64,000 bases of DNA from Candidatus Omnitrophota bacterium (lineage in GTDB: Bacteria > Omnitrophota > Gorgyraeia > Gygaellales > Profunditerraquicolaceae): the NCBI GenBank assembly GCA_026387335.1, contig JAPLLX010000002.1:13326-77325 (forward strand). The letters are read 5' to 3'. The position numbers and the translations under genes were made by a program. Positions 60,610-64,000 of the stretch are shown here, in pieces. The notes below the pieces were generated by a model that had not been told where the DNA came from, searched no databases, and was given only the letters and a program-made list of their open reading frames with translations. Numbering within the stretch: the stretch's first letter is position 1; the number at the start of each line of letters is the position of its first letter.

Positions 60610-62175
60610 ATGTCAACAGCCAAATTTTCGCGTCCAACCAATCAATCAGTCGCTAAATCAGCCAGTGTCATAGGACTGGCTACTCTTATCTCGCGTTTAT
60701 TGGGTTTTTTAAGAGATATTGTTATTGCCCGCCTTTTTGGCGTATATGTCTATGCCCAGGCATTTGTCATAGCCTTTAGGATCCCCAACCTCTTTCGGGA
60801 CTTAGTCGGTGAAGGAGCGACTAACGCCGCGTTTGTGCCGGTATTCAGTGAATACGCCAGTCAGCGCTCCAAAGAAGAATTTTGGGAGCTGGCTAACGTT
60901 GTTTTAAATATTTTATTGGTAATACTTATGTCCATAACTATCCTGGGCATAATATTCTCTCCCGTAATTGTGCGCCTGATTGCTCCCGGTTTTATCGCTT
61001 CCCCGGAAAAGTTGAATGCCACCATAACCCTTAACCGGATTATATTTCCTTATATCCTGTTGATCAGTTTAAGCGCTTATTCCATGGGGGTGCTTAATTC
61101 TTTGAAACATTTTGCTGTCCCTGCTTTCGCGCCCTGCCTTTTGAATATCTCAATAATTGTCTGCGCGCTTGTTTTTGGAGAGGGGATCAAGGGGTTGGCT
61201 TTGGGCGTGTTGTTAGGAGGCCTGTTACAACTGGCTATTCAAATCCCGGTTCTTTATAAAAAGGGATTTCGCTTGAAAAAGCCCCGGACTTTAAACCATC
61301 CTGCCGCCAGGCAGATAGGCAAATTAATGCTTCCCCGTGTTTTAAGTTCCTGCATTTATCAGTTGAATAATTTCGTAGATTCCATATTTGGTTCGCTCGC
61401 CTGGATTGTCGGTGAGGGGGGAGTCGCGGTCCTCTATTTTTCGTACAGGCTGATACAATTTCCGTTAGGGATTTTTAGCAACGCGATTTCCCAGGCTATC
61501 CTGCCGACTTTTTCTACGCAGGCATTGGAAGAATCGCACGACAAATTAAAAAATACTCTCTCCTGGGGTCTGCGCGCGGTCTTTTTTGTTATGCTGCCGG
61601 CTTCGGTAGGCTTTATGTTTTTAGCCGACCCGGTGATTACAACATTATTCGGCGGAGGCAGATTTGACGCTTATTCCGCCCGGCTTACCTCCGGAGCGCT
61701 TTTCTATTACAGCTTAGGATTATTTGCCTACGGCGGGACAAAAATATTACAAGCGTGTTTTTTTAGCCTCAAAGACACGGTTACCCCCACTAAAGTTGCG
61801 GCCGTATCATTGGTATCAAATGTCATTTTAATCGTGATATTAATGTTCCCGCTAAAGATTTCCGGGATCGCGCTGGCTACTTCCATATCGGGGATAATCG
61901 CCTTTTTTATCCTGTTTTTCATATTAGAGAAGAGGATCGGCGATTTTGGGAGAAGGCAGATAGTTGTTTCTTTCCTGCGCGTTTTGGCGGCAAGCTTCTG
62001 TATGGGGCTGGTCTGTTATTTCGCGGCCAAAATTCCTTTAAACAAATATTTAAGTTTAGCAATCAGCGTTGTATCCGGAGTATTTTCTTATATTGTTTTC
62101 TGCCTCATATTCAGAGTGAGCGAAATGCGCCAACTTTGGCATTGGATTATACTCAAAGAGAAGCCAGCAATTTAA
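60610..62175 (+). CDS. murJ: Lipid II flippase MurJ (MviN)
   Basis: N-terminal LATLISRLLGFLRDIVIARLFG signature and about 14 TM helices. Confidence 0.85.
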   Translation: MSTAKFSRPTNQSVAKSASVIGLATLISRLLGFLRDIVIARLFGVYVYAQAFVIAFRIPNLFRDLVGEGATNAAFVPVFSEYASQRSKEEFWELANVVLNILLVILMSITILGIIFSPVIVRLIAPGFIASPEKLNATITLNRIIFPYILLISLSAYSMGVLNSLKHFAVPAFAPCLLNISIIVCALVFGEGIKGLALGVLLGGLLQLAIQIPVLYKKGFRLKKPRTLNHPAARQIGKLMLPRVLSSCIYQLNNFVDSIFGSLAWIVGEGGVAVLYFSYRLIQFPLGIFSNAISQAILPTFSTQALEESHDKLKNTLSWGLRAVFFVMLPASVGFMFLADPVITTLFGGGRFDAYSARLTSGALFYYSLGLFAYGGTKILQACFFSLKDTVTPTKVAAVSLVSNVILIVILMFPLKISGIALATSISGIIAFFILFFILEKRIGDFGRRQIVVSFLRVLAASFCMGLVCYFAAKIPLNKYLSLAISVVSGVFSYIVFCLIFRVSEMRQLWHWIILKEKPAI

Positions 62176-62183
62176 ATATATAG

Positions 62184-62382
62184 CTATTTCGCTCTCAGGG
62201 TATTGTTCGCGTGCGAAATTTTTCGCCGTGTGCTACGGTTTACGGCTCGTTCCGGCAGCGCAAGGTTCCTCACGCTAAAGGATATTGCCTACACTCGCCG
62301 TAAAGCCTTGCACACATTTGCCGAAAAATTTCTAATTGCACGCTTAACAATACCCTCAAGCAAAATATCTATAGAATGCACT
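62184..62382. repeat. Repeat family C copy 2
   Basis: GGGTATTGTTCGCGTGCGAAATTTTTCGCC ... GCCGAAAAATTTCTAATTGCACGCTTAACAATACCC; shares both ends and several internal blocks with 34122-34300. Confidence 0.75.
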
Positions 62383-62427
62383 AAGCGTATGGCTTGGCTT
62401 GTTTTGTCCCTGCGGGAAATAAGACAG

Positions 62428-62455
62428 CACCCGATCCTATCGGATGGATCGGTGT
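62428..62455. repeat. Conserved hairpin D copy 2 (CACCCGATCC-TATCGGAT-GGATCGGTGT)
   Basis: Same loop as 32143-32171, with compensatory stem changes. Confidence 0.5.
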
Positions 62456-62494
62456 GCCGCTTTCTGCGGCAAGGCCAGACGCAGGGATATTTAT

Positions 62495-63739
62495 ATGAAT
62501 AATTTTATTATGTTAAAAAAGAAAATCGCGGGCGCTCCGGATACCTCCGGTGTTTATCTGATGAAGGATAAAACGGGCAAGGTTATTTATGTCGGCAAGG
62601 CCAAGTCATTAAAAAAGCGGCTGTTAAATTATGTAGGAAGGAACCTGGATACCAAAACCGTGATGTTGATGTCTAACGTAGCCGACATTGAATATCGGCT
62701 CGCTCCGACCGAAAGCCTGGCGTTGCTTCTGGAAGCCAGCCTTATCCATAAATATGAGCCGAAATATAATGTATCTTTACGCGACGATAAAAGTTTTCCG
62801 TTGGTAAAGATAACCAATGAAGAGTTTCCGGCGGTTTGGATTACGCGTAAGAGGGAGAATGACCAGGCAAGGTATTTCGGGCCCTACACCAGCGCCGGGC
62901 TGCTGAGGGAGGCATTAAAAATTATCCGCCAGCGTTTTCCATACCGTTCCTGTAAACAGATGCCCCGGAAGCCCTGCCTATATTACCGTATCGGCTTATC
63001 TCCCGCGCCTTGTATCGGTAAAATAAAGAAGACAGAATACGCCAGGAGAATAAAAAATATCTCCCTGATTTTAGAAGGTAAGATTGAAGCGCTGGTAAGA
63101 AAGTTGTTGCGCGAAATGAATTTCAAGGCCAAGAAACATGAATTTGAAGGGGCCGCGATAATCCGAGACCAGGTCAACGCTTTAAGTTCCCTAGCTGGAA
63201 ATTACGCGGGTTTACCCAATGCAGGAGACCTGACAGATTTAATGAATCTATTACAGCTAAAGAAACTACCGGAAAGGATAGAGGCGTTTGATGTATCTAA
63301 TATTTCAGGAAAAGAAGCAACCGGCTCAATGGTGAGTTTCTACCGGGGCTTGCCGGATAAGAACAATTACCGCAGGTTTCGGATCAAAACAGTTAAGACC
63401 ATTGATGATTACGGGATGCTGGCCGAAGTAGTCAGAAGGCGTTATTCCAGGCTCGTTAAAGAGAAGCTCCCCTTGCCGGATTTGATTATTATTGATGGGG
63501 GCAAGGCCCACCTTTTGACCGCCGATAGAGAACTGGCTAAACTCGGGCTCAAAACAATTCCTTTAGCCAGTTTTGCCAAAGAAGAAGAGCATATATATCT
63601 TTGGGATAAATCTAAGCCTCTAAAACTGGAATCAGATACACCGGCTCTAAATTTAATCCGCCGCGTCCGCGACGAAGCGCACAGGTTCGCGGTAGCGTAT
63701 CATCATATCCTAAGGCGTAAAAGGATTATTGGAAGATGA
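62495..63739 (+). CDS. UvrC-like nuclease (N-terminal GIY-YIG plus UvrC endonuclease V-like domain; no C-terminal (HhH)2)
   Basis: GVYLMKDKTGKVIYVGKAKSLKKRLLNY (UvrC GIY-YIG). Middle UVR-like helix (HEFEGAAIIRDQVNAL). RIEAFDVSNISGKEATGSMVSF...NYRRFRIK is the UvrC C-terminal nuclease domain. The start is uncertain (62444/62495/62510). Confidence 0.6.
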   Translation: MNNFIMLKKKIAGAPDTSGVYLMKDKTGKVIYVGKAKSLKKRLLNYVGRNLDTKTVMLMSNVADIEYRLAPTESLALLLEASLIHKYEPKYNVSLRDDKSFPLVKITNEEFPAVWITRKRENDQARYFGPYTSAGLLREALKIIRQRFPYRSCKQMPRKPCLYYRIGLSPAPCIGKIKKTEYARRIKNISLILEGKIEALVRKLLREMNFKAKKHEFEGAAIIRDQVNALSSLAGNYAGLPNAGDLTDLMNLLQLKKLPERIEAFDVSNISGKEATGSMVSFYRGLPDKNNYRRFRIKTVKTIDDYGMLAEVVRRRYSRLVKEKLPLPDLIIIDGGKAHLLTADRELAKLGLKTIPLASFAKEEEHIYLWDKSKPLKLESDTPALNLIRRVRDEAHRFAVAYHHILRRKRIIGR

Positions 63740-64000
63740 CTCCTTTTGCCAAGAAGGTTTATAGGGTTGTATTAAGTATACCCCTGGGCCAAGTGCGCAC
63801 CTATAAATGGGTAGCGCAAAAGGCGGGAAGACCTGGCGCCTGGCGGGCGGTAGGCACTATCTTAAATAAGAATCCTTTCCCGGTAATTATTCCTTGTCAT
63901 CGTGTAATAAAGAGCAATAATATATCCGGTGGTTATGTATTCGGCAAAAAGAGGAAAAAAGAGCTCTTAGGGTTAGAGGGGCGGATAAAAGAATGCTTAG
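63736..64000 (+). CDS. Methylated-DNA-protein-cysteine methyltransferase-like (MGMT/Ogt C-terminal domain), partial at window end
   Basis: YKWVAQKAGRPGAWRAVGTILNKNPFPVIIPCHRVI contains the PCHR active-site Cys motif. The ATG overlaps the uvrC-like stop (ATGA). The ORF runs off the window. Confidence 0.6.
   Translation, partial: MTPFAKKVYRVVLSIPLGQVRTYKWVAQKAGRPGAWRAVGTILNKNPFPVIIPCHRVIKSNNISGGYVFGKKRKKELLGLEGRIKECL

Noticed and set aside
62203-62502. ORF 62203-62502 (99 aa) and ORF 34995-35414 (minus)
   Set aside because: The first is the translation of repeat family C plus hairpin D. The second is antisense to the structured leader and the phosphorylase gene. Both are non-coding artefacts.

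Overview
This 64 kb window comes from a compact, almost entirely plus-strand bacterial chromosome. It is probably a diderm (TolC-like OMP, BamD/LptE-like, MurJ) and possibly an uncultivated lineage; I cannot assign a phylum from sequence alone. Content in order: (i) a partial gene, an AT-rich NYN-domain gene and a metallopeptidase-like gene. (ii) A REP-associated tyrosine transposase (RAYT, COG1943/IS200-like HuH-Y1) flanked by two copies of a 64-bp perfect-palindrome REPIN. Six more REPIN copies sit precisely over stop codons elsewhere in the window. (iii) A divergent F-type ATP synthase operon (epsilon, c, b-delta fusion, alpha, gamma, beta; no a subunit), interrupted by a small AT-rich GIY-YIG cassette bounded by about 45-bp terminal inverted repeats, and translationally fused at its end to (iv) a T2SS/T4P-like assembly cluster (GspE/PilB, GspF/PilC, PilM-N fusion, PilO-like, GspG pseudopilin, minor pseudopilins, GspK-like). 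(v) Two response regulators (one a REC-GGDEF with Glu at the phospho-acceptor site), a GT-C/TPR membrane protein, ComM, an L,D-transpeptidase, AccA and PadR. (vi) The most interesting region: a tightly coupled 10-gene operon behind a consensus sigma70 promoter. It encodes a PCP_red-like protein, an ApbA/PanE-family reductase, a tandem-duplicated small Cys/His domain protein, a KS-alpha / catalytically dead KS-beta (CLF-like) pair, a B12-binding radical SAM enzyme, an ACP, a PF04199 cyclase, an SRPBCC cyclase-like protein and an SDR. This is a type II PKS-like pathway with radical SAM tailoring, followed by an amidohydrolase-2 gene. (vii) A structured leader followed by a phosphorylase / MtnA-like isomerase / class II aldolase-SCP2 / aldehyde dehydrogenase operon, consistent with a DHAP-shunt 5'-deoxyadenosine salvage route. 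(viii) PlsC, Hsp20-like, a TolC-HlyD-ABC2 efflux system, PurU, an acyl-CoA ligase whose 3' end is fused into a second palindromic element family, RlmN, a GDSL hydrolase, tRNA-Leu(CAA) and tRNA-Ala(GGC), Nfo, LeuS, ComEA, a ComEC lacking the MBL domain, BamD-like, LptE-like, HolA-like, RpsT, MurJ, a short UvrC-like protein and a partial MGMT-like gene. Three further repeat families are present: an 80-bp nested palindrome (2 copies), a roughly 180-bp TIR element with compensatory substitutions (2 copies), and a 29-bp hairpin with covariation (2 copies). No rRNA or CRISPR array was seen.
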